Of a stretch of 64,000 nucleotides of DNA, positions 47,899 to 59,215 are shown one piece after another. The stretch's first letter is position 1. Every line of letters starts with the position of its first letter. Source of the DNA: Selaginella moellendorffii (taxonomy: Eukaryota > Plantae > Lycopodiophyta); contig NW_003314281.1 in assembly GCF_000143415.4 (NCBI RefSeq), positions 608,833-672,832 of the forward strand. Reading direction: 5' to 3'. A model generated the notes under the pieces. It ran no database searches. It had not been told where the DNA came from and saw only the letters and a list, made by a program, of their open reading frames with translations. A program made the position numbers and the translations under genes.

Positions 47899-49674
47899 AG
47901 TAATCTCCAGAAAGGTTTTGCACGGCCTTGGCAATGGCCGGAGCTTTCGTTTTGCTTTGCTTTTTTTTTTCCTGTGAAGAACAAGCTGAGTGAATCTTGA
48001 CCCAAGATGAAAGTTAACTAACCTTTAAATCGCACTGTGTTTGATTTAGATGACATGGGCTTTGCAGTGACTGGTCGGTCAGTACACACTGTAAAGGCAA
48101 TCTCCGAAAGAGAAGTGTGATACACTCTTCACTTCACATGCTTATCACATCATAGTATAGAAGAATGTGAAAAAATATTTCTCATTCTTCCAAAGCTCGC
48201 TGATAGTAGTATAAATTTTTTCGAACTTTCGGTGTTGCGGTGCTCTCGATTAAAATACTCGCTACACGTGTCGGAATTATTCCTCGTGGTCCGAATTGGA
48301 TTGGACGACCGAGATTAATAGAATTTAATCGCCCAGCCAACGAAGTTTTGACAAAAGCACTTCGCTCAAAGGATCTATCGAGGTCATGGTTTTTGTTTGA
48401 TCGGCAAATATCACTGTGATCATGGGAGATATTAACGACAAGAAGACATCCATGAGAAGGTACGGTGAAGATGCCAGGGGGAACACCTGTCACGATTAGC
48501 TGGCGCCGCGTGGCCTGCGACCCAAAACCGTCACATCCATCTGACCGCTGACATCCTGCCATGTTGGCGCCGGTTCCTCCAGCGTGGATTTTGTGGGCTC
48601 GCCCTTTTTCCCCCTTTTTTCCAGAGGTCCACGGCTATGGCGGCGTGTAGCCCAGAACCCTAATTCTTGTCTTGGAGCAAGAAGGGGGGGTATTTAAGCT
48701 GCGATCCCGCCGTGCTGCCGCCGCGATTCACATTGTCGAGCATTCCAGTCCGGCGCCGCGATGGATTAAGCAGCAAGCACAGGTTAGCTTAGCCTCTAAG
48801 AAATTCTCTCGCATTCTCTTGGATTTTGATCTAATGGGGTTTTTTTTCTTGATCCAAAGCGAGGAGGGAATTGGAATCTTCGCAGGAACTGGCAACAGGT
48901 GGTTCATTGGTTTGAAAGAGCTAGCTCGGAGCGAAGAATTTGGTAAGTCATTAAATGCGCGCCTCATCCTTATGCTTTCCATGTTTGAACTGCGAATTTG
49001 GCCGAGTGTGGTCAGTCCATCCATCCCGTCTGGCCTCTTTGCTTTGGATCCAGAGCGAAAAACTCGTGTGTTTGGTTTGATCTCTTGGTTTTCTTGGTTT
49101 GATCTGTTGCTTTTCTTTTCTCCTGTGAGTGGAAGATGGGACTGGTTTGTCTCAAAGTCGGTCCTTGCTTCCAGCTTGGGTGGTTATGGAAGCCAGGAAA
49201 GAAAGAAAAAACGCGAATTGCTATACTAGCACAGCTTTTATGGAAGCATTGAATGCTATTTGAACTGAAAGCACCACACCACTTTTGCTGGGCTTGGTCT
49301 GTCCCCCCCTTCTTGCATCAGATTCCAATCCGTCTATCTCTTTCGATGGCTGGATGCGGCTCAGAAGTTCGATCGGAGAGTGGTTACCCAGTTGCTGTGA
49401 TGCATCCGCTCCTGTTTTTCGGTCGAGCAGCCAAATCGTCCCTGGGTTCCCTTCCTTTTTGGCTTTTGAGTTTGGCTTGGCTGTAGTTCTTGTCTGGCCT
49501 TTACTGTTTGTTCGGCATTATGTTCCTCTACGTTTGTCATGTTGCAACTCGTAAGTGCATTTGCGTTGCGATTGATAGGTGCCTTGTTGGGATGTGCAGA
49601 CGCTTCTGGCAGGATAAGCAGGATTCCTTCCGACAGCAACTGAAAACACAGCCTCGCAAGACCTCCCCGAGTTG

Positions 49675-51178
49675 ATGAACCCCGTCGAGAGATCCAACTC
49701 CAACACCGCCACCACCAGCAGTAGCGGGAACTTTGTGTGGCTCCCTTCACTTCAAGTTTGGAGCTTTCGCCCCGCCGAGACGTCTATCAGCTCACAGCAC
49801 GGTGGAGCCATCATGCCTGGGCTTGCACGGGCTTGTTCACAGCAGCATCAGCAGCATGAGATAACGTTCGAGCTGAGGCAACCTTCTCGGTTGCCAATGC
49901 ATCGAGAGGACGAGGAAAAGGGGGCCGAGGCAGAGCACGTCTGTCCGATCTGTCTCGGGGCGATTGAGGAGTCGAAGAACGCGTCGCTGTGGTGGTGCAT
50001 GCACAGCTTCTGCGTCGGCTGCATCGAGGAGTGGAGCAAAGTTCGCAGGTCGTGCCCGCTTTGCAAGGCCGAGTTCACAGGTTGGTACCACACCATCAAG
50101 GGGCAGAAGCGTGTCGAGAGGATTTTGCCGCCGCTCGACTACAGGCCTTCTTTGGACTACAGGCTCTCCACAGCCGAGGATTACAGGTTGTCCCTGAGCG
50201 ACTTTCGAATTTCTACATCGGACTATCGGCTGTCCACGGATGGGAGGCCCTCCAGCGTGCTTCCCGAGAGGCGGACGAGCACGAGTAGGAACCAAGCAAG
50301 GCTGGAGAGGTAAGAAAACTTTTTTTTTCCAGAGTTTGGCGTGACTTTGGCTACACTAGACTTCTTTCTCTTGTTTCCAGAGAAGTTGTCAGGAGCACTA
50401 TGACATTTCGATCCAGATTGCGGTTGCAACAACTCATGCAGTCGAGGGTCAGCAGATCGTACCGGAGATCAATCCCTTTGCCCCGGCAAAGATGTTTCAT
50501 ATCCCCCGCTGAGAGGGAGAGGCTCACTGCCGAAGTTCTTACAGAAAGAGCTCTTTCGTGGCGTACAAGGTCTGTTTGTGTGGGTGTGTGTTTTTCTTCT
50601 TTTTTTTTGTTCTTGGTTGACACTTTCCGCGTGTTGCTTGCAGCATATACAGGAAGGGTCTTCGAGCCGTTCCGTTGAATGTGAAGAAGCGTATGGAAGT
50701 AAGTTTCGTGTGTGACTGGCTTTGAAACTTTCCCCAGTTTGTTGACTCGTTATTCACAGTTAAGGCCGTATGATCTCGACGCAAAGACGAGAGCCGAGCG
50801 TCGTTTGAGACCCTGGATCACACGAGAGCTGAAAGCCATCCTGGGAGACGCAGATCACTCCGTGTTAGAGCACCTGGTTCTCAGCCACTGGTTTTCTTAC
50901 AGAATCGACGCGATAGAAGGGTCGGATGATTCTCCTGAAGGTCCGAGGAAGAGCTCGAGCCAGAGCTCGTCCGAGGCCGTTTCGCAGCTCGAGAGGTTTC
51001 TCGGTAGCAACGCATCCACGTTTTGGCACGAGTTGAGGTAAGTTTGTGTGGTTTCGCGAGTTCTTACAAGCTGGAAGTTATTTTTATGTATCGCAGATGC
51101 TATGCCGAGTGTCCATACACGATGGAAACTTATGACAGCATCGTGGTGTACGTTAAAGGCGAGCGTCAGCTATTGTAG
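49675..51178 (+). CDS. C3HC4 RING E3 ligase, TOPORS-like, multi-exon
   Basis: CPICL..CMHSFCVGCIEEWS..CPLCK; RLRPWITREL.AIL; FWHELRCYAECPYTMETYD; internal DYRLS repeats at ~50137-50240. Start ATG uncertain. Confidence 0.85.
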
Positions 51179-51367
51179 AAGCGACTGGATAGCTAGGAGA
51201 TTGTTTAACAGGATTCACAGACAGCTCACAAGCAACCTGTAAAAAAAAAGAAGCCATTTTCCTTGTACCATGAATGACTTTGAAAAGAGATTGATTTGCT
51301 TTCCTGGAACAGCAGGAGGAAGATAAAGGAAAAAGGAGACAAAAGCTTCCCTTCTGTGGCGATGGAA

Positions 51368-52315
51368 TCAATCGTCTTCCGAGTCTGACTTGTCCTGCTC
51401 GTGTCTAGAAATAATTTTCTCGATAAAGTCTCTCCGGACCTTTTGCTGGATGGCCTCCGAGCTGCTGCCTTCTCCAAGAACAGGCCCAACTTGACACAGG
51501 GTGAAAGCAACGTCTGCAAAACTCGGTCTTAGTAACAACGAAAGATTGCTGAGAGAAAACTAAGCAAGAGGACGGAAATCTAACCTTCGGGGGTGCAACG
51601 CTTGCCACCAAAGTGATGCAATCCAACCAGCGTCGCCTTCACGTTGGTATTGTTGTAAACAAGCACCGTGGGTAAGTTGAAGTCGGGGTAGTTGTTGATA
51701 CAATCCGTGGAGATGATCTTCACGAACTTCGTGGCGGGATATTTTTTCGCGAGCTCTTCCAAGCATTGGCCCAAGAGCTGGCACTCGGGAACACTGCAGG
51801 ACAAAAAACAAGGATTTCTTGCAAGAAACCTCGAGAAACTGTCATTACCCGTCTTTGTAGAGATGCACGACGACCCACACGTCCGGAGGAGCACGAGAAA
51901 CCTCTCGGATGAAGTCCGAGCCAGTGATGTGGATCAAGGAACCGAATTTCGCGCTCTTGGAAACCTCGCTAAGCTCCAGCAATCTCTTCTTCCTGTGAGA
52001 AGAAATTTCCAAGTCCTGAGCAATGTAATAGATCAAAAAAACCATATAAATGCTCGGCTAAACAATCCCTTACCGGTATTCCTCGAGAAATCTGGAATCC
52101 TCGTCGAGATCCAGATCGTCCTGGAGCTCGTGGAGCTCCTCCTCGCTCTTGGAATCGATCCACTGCTTGCTCTTACCGGGATCCGGCACTGGCTGCCATG
52201 GCGCTGGCTTCTCCACGGGCGGCTTGGGCGGGAGATTGCCGAGCTTCCTTTGGATGTCGTCCCATTCGGTGCTAGGACCTTGCGGGTCCTTGTAGACGAA
52301 GTGATAGTCCGCCAT
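51368..52315 (-). CDS. Phosducin-like protein (PhLP2/PDCL3/VIAF type), 4 exons
   Basis: TEWDDIQRKLGNLPPK, FLEEYRKKRL.EL, WVVVHLYK, KFVKIISTDCI.NYPD.NLPT. Confidence 0.9.
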
Positions 52316-52400
52316 AGCCAGAAACCCTAGAAAGAGCCCTTGCGAAAGAGATACTCTCGGATCGAGAGAATGTAGGCTCTAGCCTGCCTCTCAAGTCTTC

Positions 52401-52472
52401 GCCTCTATAGCTCAGTGGTAGAGCGTCAGTCTTGTAAACTGAAGGCCCAGAGTTCGATACTCTGTGGAGGCA
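52401..52472 (+). tRNA. trnT-UGU: tRNA-Thr(UGU)
   Basis: GCCTCTA/TGGAGGC acceptor stem, GCTC-AGTGGTA-GAGC D-arm, TCAGT-CTTGTAA-ACTGA anticodon arm, CAGAG-TTCGATA-CTCTG T-arm, T6 terminator at ~52493. Confidence 0.95.
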
Positions 52473-52644
52473 TGCATGAAAATGGTGCCATCTTTTTTGA
52501 TAGTTGAAACTACTCAACACGAGGAGATCTTTTATTATATTTCATTGATGCTAACCTTTCGCCCTTATTTGATTCATTAACATAGTCCTTGGGAACATTG
52601 GCCGAGCGGACTCCCAATCAGAGGGGAGTACTTGACCAGCCTCG

Positions 52645-52762
52645 AGACCATCGTTGACCAAACAGCGCATGGACAAATCGCTTCTCCCCGTTTGATTGGG
52701 AGTCCAACCTCAAGACCATCGTTGACCACGAACAGCGCATGGACGAATCGCTTCTCCCCGTT
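52645..52762. repeat. Direct repeat (~47 bp x2)
   Basis: AGACCATCGTTGACCA..AACAGCGCATGGAC.AATCGCTTCTCCCCGTT twice. Confidence 0.8.
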
Positions 52763-53109
52763 CCAATCAAACGCCTGGATCAAACCATACTCATCCGATG
52801 GTAGTTCCCTATACCGCATTTTTATAATGTCTTAGTGGAGAGCACCGTTGACCACGGTAGAACGATCCTCACAGTTCACATTGTATTTCTTGGAGCAAAG
52901 TTTGCATCTTTTCTTATAGGCCGATGATCAAGGCATCGGCAGATGAAGCAGTCTCTAGTCTGCTCCAATGAGAAGCTCACAAGAAAATGAATTAGCCAAC
53001 TTGCTGTAGAACCTATGAGAGAAAATAATAAAAATTATGTGAAGGTGAACACGTCTTTGCCACCAGGGCATTTGCAAGCAAACAAATGAGGAAGAATGGA
53101 AAGTTACAT

Positions 53110-54516
53110 CTATAGCCTGTATCCCAATTCGCACTCGCATCGCTGGATGTTGTCCAGCATGAATTGCTGATCCGGGTACGTGTGGTAGCACGGCTCCATC
53201 GACTCCCTCGCCGAGCAGCCGCCCCCCGAGCACGCAAACTGGACGGGCCGCACGCCCGCCAGCCCCACCGCCGAGTATCCAAACGTTGATGGCGGGCTCG
53301 TCACCAACACGTCGCTCATTGACAACAGATAGATCTCCATCACTGCCTTTGCATCATGATCCAAGTTCCCGGTGTTTTGCACCCCTTCCACGCTTGGCTG
53401 GTGGATCGAAACCGACGAACCATCTTCCAGATCGTAGCCCAGCACCTTGTTCTTGAGCGTCTGAGAGTACTGCGCATCCAGCGACACCACAAGCACCGCC
53501 ACCTTCTTGCCCTTCCTAAGCGACGTTCTGGGAGCTCGCGCTTGGGTGATGTTTGCGAGCGCGCCTTGTTGCACCAGGCAGTCGAAGGCATCGTTGGCGA
53601 GGTCGGGTGGCGCGAACCAGACGCTAGTTCGCAGCTGGACCCCGACTAGAAGCTCGGCTTGGGCCAGGTACGCATCGTAGTATCTGGCCGTCCTGTCCCA
53701 CACCACGTCCCTAGGATGCAAGAGGTACCTCACCAGGAGATGAAAGATGGCCTCCTCCTGTGGAAACCATTCCTCGAGCTTGCTCCTGAAAACCGGGACG
53801 TTGTAGAGCGCCGGAACAAAGTACTGGTCGGACGAGAGAACAATCCACTTCGAGCTGGACTGGAGAGCTTGTTGGTGTTCTTTGCAGAAGAAGGCCTTGT
53901 CCTCGTCCCTGTAGTTGTTCACGAGATAGGCCACCACCACCTCGGGGAAATTTACACCGTGGCTGCAGTTGAGCGATCCCGCCAAGCTTCCGATCCACTT
54001 CGAGCCGTCAAACGGCGCCCCCTCGAGGTGCTTCCAGCTCGGCGGCACCAGCCAGGAGCTGGATGGAAACGGCTCGCAGAAGAGCGTGGCCAAGTTCTCC
54101 GATCCGGCGATCACCATTGTCCTGTCCGTGAGCAGCGCGTAGAGAAAAGTTGCCACCAGAGCTATCATCTTGTTGCCCATCCCCTGGCCGGCGGTGACGT
54201 AGAGGAGATAGTTGCATGTACAGTTCGAGCACTGCTCAGGGCCCGGATAGCACCTCGCGTGTAAGGCCTCGTACTCGAGGATTTTGCGGTGGAGTGACTC
54301 GGATGGCTCGAAGCTGGTCGATCGTTGGCGGCTGTAGGAAGCGTACTCGATCCTGCTTCTGCAAGTGTCGCTGATGTTGTAGTTCTTGGTGATGCGAAAA
54401 CTTGATCCCAGAGTTCGGGTCCGGGACAACTCTGCGGAGCCGGAAAAATTGTCGAAAATCCATAAGAGCACCGCCGCGGAGAAGAGGAACACGACGAACA
54501 GAAAGCTGGGGCTCAT
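53110..54516 (-). CDS. FUT: Xyloglucan/AGP alpha-1,2-fucosyltransferase (GT37), intronless type II membrane protein
   Basis: N-terminal TM helix; GMGNKM..FLYALLTDR, LFCEPFP.SSW, SDQYFVPAL, RYLLHP...W, GVQLR, AVMEIYLLS.SDVLVTS..STFGY, SMEPCYH. Confidence 0.92.
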   Translation of the reverse strand: MSPSFLFVVFLFSAAVLLWIFDNFSGSAELSRTRTLGSSFRITKNYNISDTCRSRIEYASYSRQRSTSFEPSESLHRKILEYEALHARCYPGPEQCSNCTCNYLLYVTAGQGMGNKMIALVATFLYALLTDRTMVIAGSENLATLFCEPFPSSSWLVPPSWKHLEGAPFDGSKWIGSLAGSLNCSHGVNFPEVVVAYLVNNYRDEDKAFFCKEHQQALQSSSKWIVLSSDQYFVPALYNVPVFRSKLEEWFPQEEAIFHLLVRYLLHPRDVVWDRTARYYDAYLAQAELLVGVQLRTSVWFAPPDLANDAFDCLVQQGALANITQARAPRTSLRKGKKVAVLVVSLDAQYSQTLKNKVLGYDLEDGSSVSIHQPSVEGVQNTGNLDHDAKAVMEIYLLSMSDVLVTSPPSTFGYSAVGLAGVRPVQFACSGGGCSARESMEPCYHTYPDQQFMLDNIQRCECELGYRL

Positions 54517-54594
54517 TCCTGATCCTGGAATTCTTCGAGTTCGTTGCCTACCAAACTTTAAGGCCGCGAATGAAAAGATATTTCTACTCAACTT

Positions 54595-55860
54595 GTCACC
54601 AGCAGGATGCCCTTGCAGGAAAACAAGGCCTTGACGTACTCTATGATCTGGCATCTCGAGCAAAAGGTCCGCAAGACTTTACTTCACAGTGTGCTTGGCG
54701 AGTTCTACTTCCGATCACTCAAAGAATCTCGAGGTTGCCAACGTATGAACTGTTCTCTTCCTCGCCGAATGCAGCTTGCCAACTCTTCCATCCTTCTTCT
54801 TGCCTGATGGCATAGCGAAACCTTTCTCATCATTGCGTAAACTTCGGGAAATTATTCCAGCCTTAAACGTTGAATGCCGAGTCTCCGGCTCGTGGTGGGG
54901 AAAAACATCTGTGGAAGAAATGTCCGTGAAAGGGACTTCGAACTCGAAGCCTGTGTTAACAATAGGCATTCGTCTTTAAACTTCCAAACCTGTAGATGGA
55001 GAAAACTTAGGAAAGCGTTGGAACTTTTAGAAAATCCTCACCATGGTTCTCACAGCCAGTCTTGGTGCCCCAACCATGGCACAAAAGGAGCACGACGAAC
55101 AGCAAGCTTGGGCCCTGGAAACTTGGAGCTACACAAAGTTCAAAGCGAATGAACGAAGAATTTCTCCTTGGTTGGTGATTACCAACCTGGAAAAAGAAGA
55201 GGCTCTGAGCCGAATCTAAAGGAGAAATCTTGTTGGCTCCGGATGGTAAAACACAACAAGAGATCTTCTAGATTTTGATATGAGATCTCTCCTGGGAGAC
55301 AACAAGAGATTTTCTAGCACACAAGGATTGGAGATTTTCTATTGATAATAACCGTCCAAGTAGTCTTCTGGGAGCACTCCTCTCTCGATCATCCTATCCC
55401 TCACCTTGTCGAGAGTAATCGGGTCCTGAAGAGTGTCCTTGGTAACATTGCCAACCCCATAACCTTCAATCAGATCTTTTTCGAGTGCCGCTGGACTCCA
55501 CTTCTCCACTTCAGCCCATCTTCGATCACGTACATCGCTTGATGGTATAGAGTTGTGATCTGGTACTAGCAGCTTTGCTGATGGTTCGTTTTTCTTCTTC
55601 GAGACTATAGCTGGCTCACTGTGCTTCCGCTTGTATTCCATTCGTTTGTCCAGATTTGTGACAGATCATTCGGTCTCACAGGCGATGAAAATGAGAGATA
55701 GATTTTCTTCCAGGTACCTGCAAACCTTGCGTTTCCTTCTCATCTCTCTTTGCCTCCATCTACAGTCCTAGACAATGCCAATTGTTAACAAGCACTCCAG
55801 GCTTCAGGTCCCTTTCACGGACATTTCTTCCACAGCACTAAACGTTTGCTCAATGGTAAC
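54595..55860 (-). pseudogene. Degenerate, shuffled partial duplicates of exons 3 and 4 of the lysozyme-DUF3490 gene
   Basis: Shared blocks: CTGTAGATGGAGAAA (~54990 and ~57538), GGCTCGTGGTGGG (~54887 and ~57408), AACAAGGCCTTGACGTACTCTAT (~54622 and ~56652), CCAGGTACCTGCAAACCTTGC (~55710 and ~57717). Confidence 0.8.
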
Positions 55861-55957
55861 CCAATATTTAAGTTCCAGTTTCTGCAAAAGCAACAACTAA
55901 TGGCGAAAGTCTTTCTACCTGCGGCCCAGTAGGCTGATATACCTTCTCTCGAGATCC

Positions 55958-58367
55958 TCAGAGGTAGAGGCTCACGAGCTCAGCGCTATGAGAATACCTG
56001 GCAATATTCTCTGTTAGTGTTAGTGCTCGCTCTAAGTTGATGAGCTTTTTACCTCTTTGTATCCCTCCACATAAGGTCGTAGACGATCTTTTTGAGCCGG
56101 CCTGTTGATAGCCTGCGAACCCCCCATGCCGAATAGAGCTGATGCCTCTCACTCCTGCTCGCATAGGCGCCTATGTTGATGTAAATCTTATCTCTTTGCT
56201 GCTGTATAAGCTCCTTTGCAGCCCTTCGAGACTTAGCACTCTTGTCGATGTTCTGCAACGCGTGGATCTCCCAGGCGATGCACGGTGCCTCTTTTGTAGA
56301 AAGCTGGAAGAAAAGAAGCATCAGTTCCGTAGTGCCTGGTGTATACGGGATTCACATACCTCAGATGAAGAGCTGCTCGCAGTGAGCATCTTAAACCTCA
56401 AGGAACGGGTCAGTAGATCGACGTCTTGCTCCTCCCACACTGCACAGAGCCTCTTCAAGGATGATGTCAAGCGATTGTCGCTAGAGTGACAAGTGCATGC
56501 GCCGCCAAAACTAGAGTTGCCTGTCCGGGACTCCTCGGTTCTTATGCTTGCAGCTGGAGGTGGCACTGGCATTGGTTCCGAGGAATCTAGTGACTCTTCC
56601 AGACCTCCAACTTTGTCACAAAGCTTCTCCAGCAGGATGTTCTCGCAGGAGAACAAGGCCTTGACGTACTCTATCGAAGCCGACGGGTCTGGTATCTCGA
56701 GTAGAAAGTCCGCAAGACTTAGCTTCGCAGTGTGCTTGGCGAGTTCGTCTTCTTCTTGCTCCGTCTGCCGCGGTGGAGTAGCCGCCTGTGGCAAGTCAAG
56801 CAAGTCCGCCAGCTCGGACATCAATTTCTTCTCCGCACCAGAGGAAAGAGAGGACTCCGGTCTTTCCAGCTGCTCAAGCAGCGTAAAAGTTGCATCAAAA
56901 TCAAGCGAGGCAGAGGTTTTGCGCTTTGGAGTGGAAATCGCAGTCTCAGCACCAGTCCCAGGAACGTTCTCAGCAGCGACTTGCATAGCTCGGCTGTCTG
57001 GATTCATAACCGGCGTCGCGTAGTCAGCCTGCTCTGGAACTGGAGGGAACTCAAAGCTTTCATCGTTTCTTCTGTCGACACACTCCGACAGGTCCAGTGG
57101 CAGTAGCCGAGCCAACTCCGTAAGAATTTCCTCCTCCTTTTGTTCTGATAACTCAGAAGAATAGAGAATGTCGAGGTTGCGAACGCTGGAACTACGACAT
57201 TCTACAGCTTCTTCGTGAAGATCTTGCAGCCTGTCGACTCCTCCTTCCTTCTTCTTGGCGGATGGCGTAGCGAAACCTTTCTCATCGTCGCTGGAACTTT
57301 GCTTCAAAGGTTGGTTCTCCGAGTCTAGTTCGACTGCAGACTCGGAACTCAAGAAACTGTATTCCAGTCCCAAACGTTGAATGCTCAGATCGTCTATGAG
57401 CCTCCCCGGCTCGTGGTGGGAAGAGCAAAGGTTTAAAGCTGTGGAAGAAATGTCCATGAAAGGGAGTCTTCGTACTTGAAGCCTGGCGTGCTTGTTAACA
57501 ATCGGCAATCGTCTTTCCGCAGCTAGGACTTTCAAACCTGTAGATGGAGAAACATTTAGAAAATCCTTGGCAAAGAGAGATGAAGGGGAGCCTCACCGTG
57601 CTTCAGCTTGCATTCTATTCGTTTGTCCAGATTCGTAAACTTGGAAGTTGATGGATAGATCTTACATTCGGGTCTCGCAGGCGACGGAAAGGGAGAGACG
57701 TGCTTGTGATTCTCTTCCAGGTACCTGCAAACCTTGCTCCAGTAATACGTCGTCTTCTCTCTCTGAGGACCTTGAGGACCACCTACAGTCTCAAAGAGGA
57801 AAAAGGAACCATCAGCAAAGCTGCTACGTTCCATCCATCACACAACTTCATACCATTGTGAATCTTAGCTAGAATTTCCCAGTCATGTTGTGTTAGAGCT
57901 TCCGAGCAGTACCTCATCCAATATGCCACCACTGTGTTCTCCGCGTGCTCTAAATCTCTGGACTAACTACTGTAAGAAACCAACGAAGAAAAATAGAGAA
58001 CGAAGAAAGACACATACCGGCAGCGTAGCCACGATGCTCGCTTGTTTTTCCAGGCATCGACATGGTAGTGCTCGGAGATCTGGAGAGGCCCAATGCTGGC
58101 ACCACCGTCTCCATCGGGACAATCCACCCTATTGCTCGACTCCACAAACCTGATAGCATCAAGGAGGGGACGAAGCTGTGCTCGATAAGCTCGCATCGCG
58201 TCCTCCACACTGCCCTGCCGCTTCTTCTTCCGCGACATTGTGACGCTCTTGCGGACATAGCTCGCCTGCTGCTGCTGATGCCTTGCCCGTCTCTTCTTCT
58301 TCTGCGATGACGACGGCCTGGCCGGCAGAGCGAGCCCATTCTCGGAGAATCGAGACACGCCCGGCAT
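55958..58367 (-). CDS. Invertebrate-type lysozyme (destabilase-like) domain fused to a NACK/kinesin-7 C-terminal (DUF3490-like) domain, 702 aa; exons 58367-58018, 57957-57854, 57782-57597, 57537-56360, 56303-56053, 55997-55958
   Basis: Five GT-AG introns keep one frame (2109 nt). LLDAIRFVES..DGDGGASIGPLQIS..Y..DA..SW..C..AYWMRY..IHNGGPQG..TYYWSKV, then LCAVWEEQDV.L..RS..ERHQLYSAWGV..LMWRD..HSAELV. Confidence 0.75.
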
Positions 58368-58937
58368 GGAGAGAAGCTGTGGCGTGCAAGAAATATGAAT
58401 TTTAACCTAACACGCCCAACGGTCAACATCCAGCCCTAAAATCTAGCCTAAATTTCAAGTCAAAAAGAAATAATCGCCACCGTCGGTTCTTTGACCCATC
58501 TGAGCCCTTGAATTCCTGTATAAGGAGCTTTCCGGTCTGGTGAGAAATTTGCAAGGCCTCAATGAGCTGCTCCACGCTCAATTGAAAGCGGAGGCCGACC
58601 AACTAGAGAGTGTTGCCCTGTAGAACTTAATATGCATGCAGCTCCTATAGGCTATAGCCCTCTTGGTTGGATTCGATGTAGGCTTGCTGGGCTGGGCATT
58701 TGTGGATGGATGGATTGCTCCATAGCAACAGGAGAACAGCAAAGCGGTGGAGATGCAGTGGAGATGGTGATAGCCACAGTAGCATTGAAAATCTAGCCCC
58801 CATGAGCACAATTGCCATTATAATCGCCGAACAGAATCACCAAATGGAGCTGTTCGACTGCGTTTGGTTGATTGCGTTTGGCTGACCACGTTCGGTGGTG
58901 GTCGGGATTCCTGCTGAACGCGGTCAGGACCAACAAT

Positions 58938-59215
58938 GTGCTCAACTTGGTGAAGTTGTCCACAAGATTAAGCTCCCAGAGTTCAAACCCAAGCAGGGGG
59001 TGAAGATTATTGCCAATGAGAAGGCCACCAACTCAAAGCATTCTTTCTAATTGCTGGAAATTCTTGCAAAGGATTGCTATGCCATGTTCTTGAATCTTGA
59101 TGTAATGGATTTATGCATATTATAGAGAAAGATTCTCTTGGATCTGGTTTAACAAGGTTTGGGGTGGATAAGCTGGACGATCGATTGATCAATGGGGGAC
59201 AATGTGATTCAATGT
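58938..59215 (+). pseudogene. Ubiquitin-activating enzyme E1 (UBA1)-like gene fragment, copy 1
   Basis: LGEVVHKIKLPEFKPKQGVKIIANEKAT resembles the E1 ..V..P.F.PK...KI.TDEKAT segment; isolated, no full ORF. Confidence 0.55.

Noticed and set aside
54517-54663. Extended FUT N-terminus suggesting a fusion
   Set aside because: Non-ATG start inside a frameshifted duplicate of the lysozyme-DUF3490 exon 4; ATG 54516 directly precedes the TM helix.
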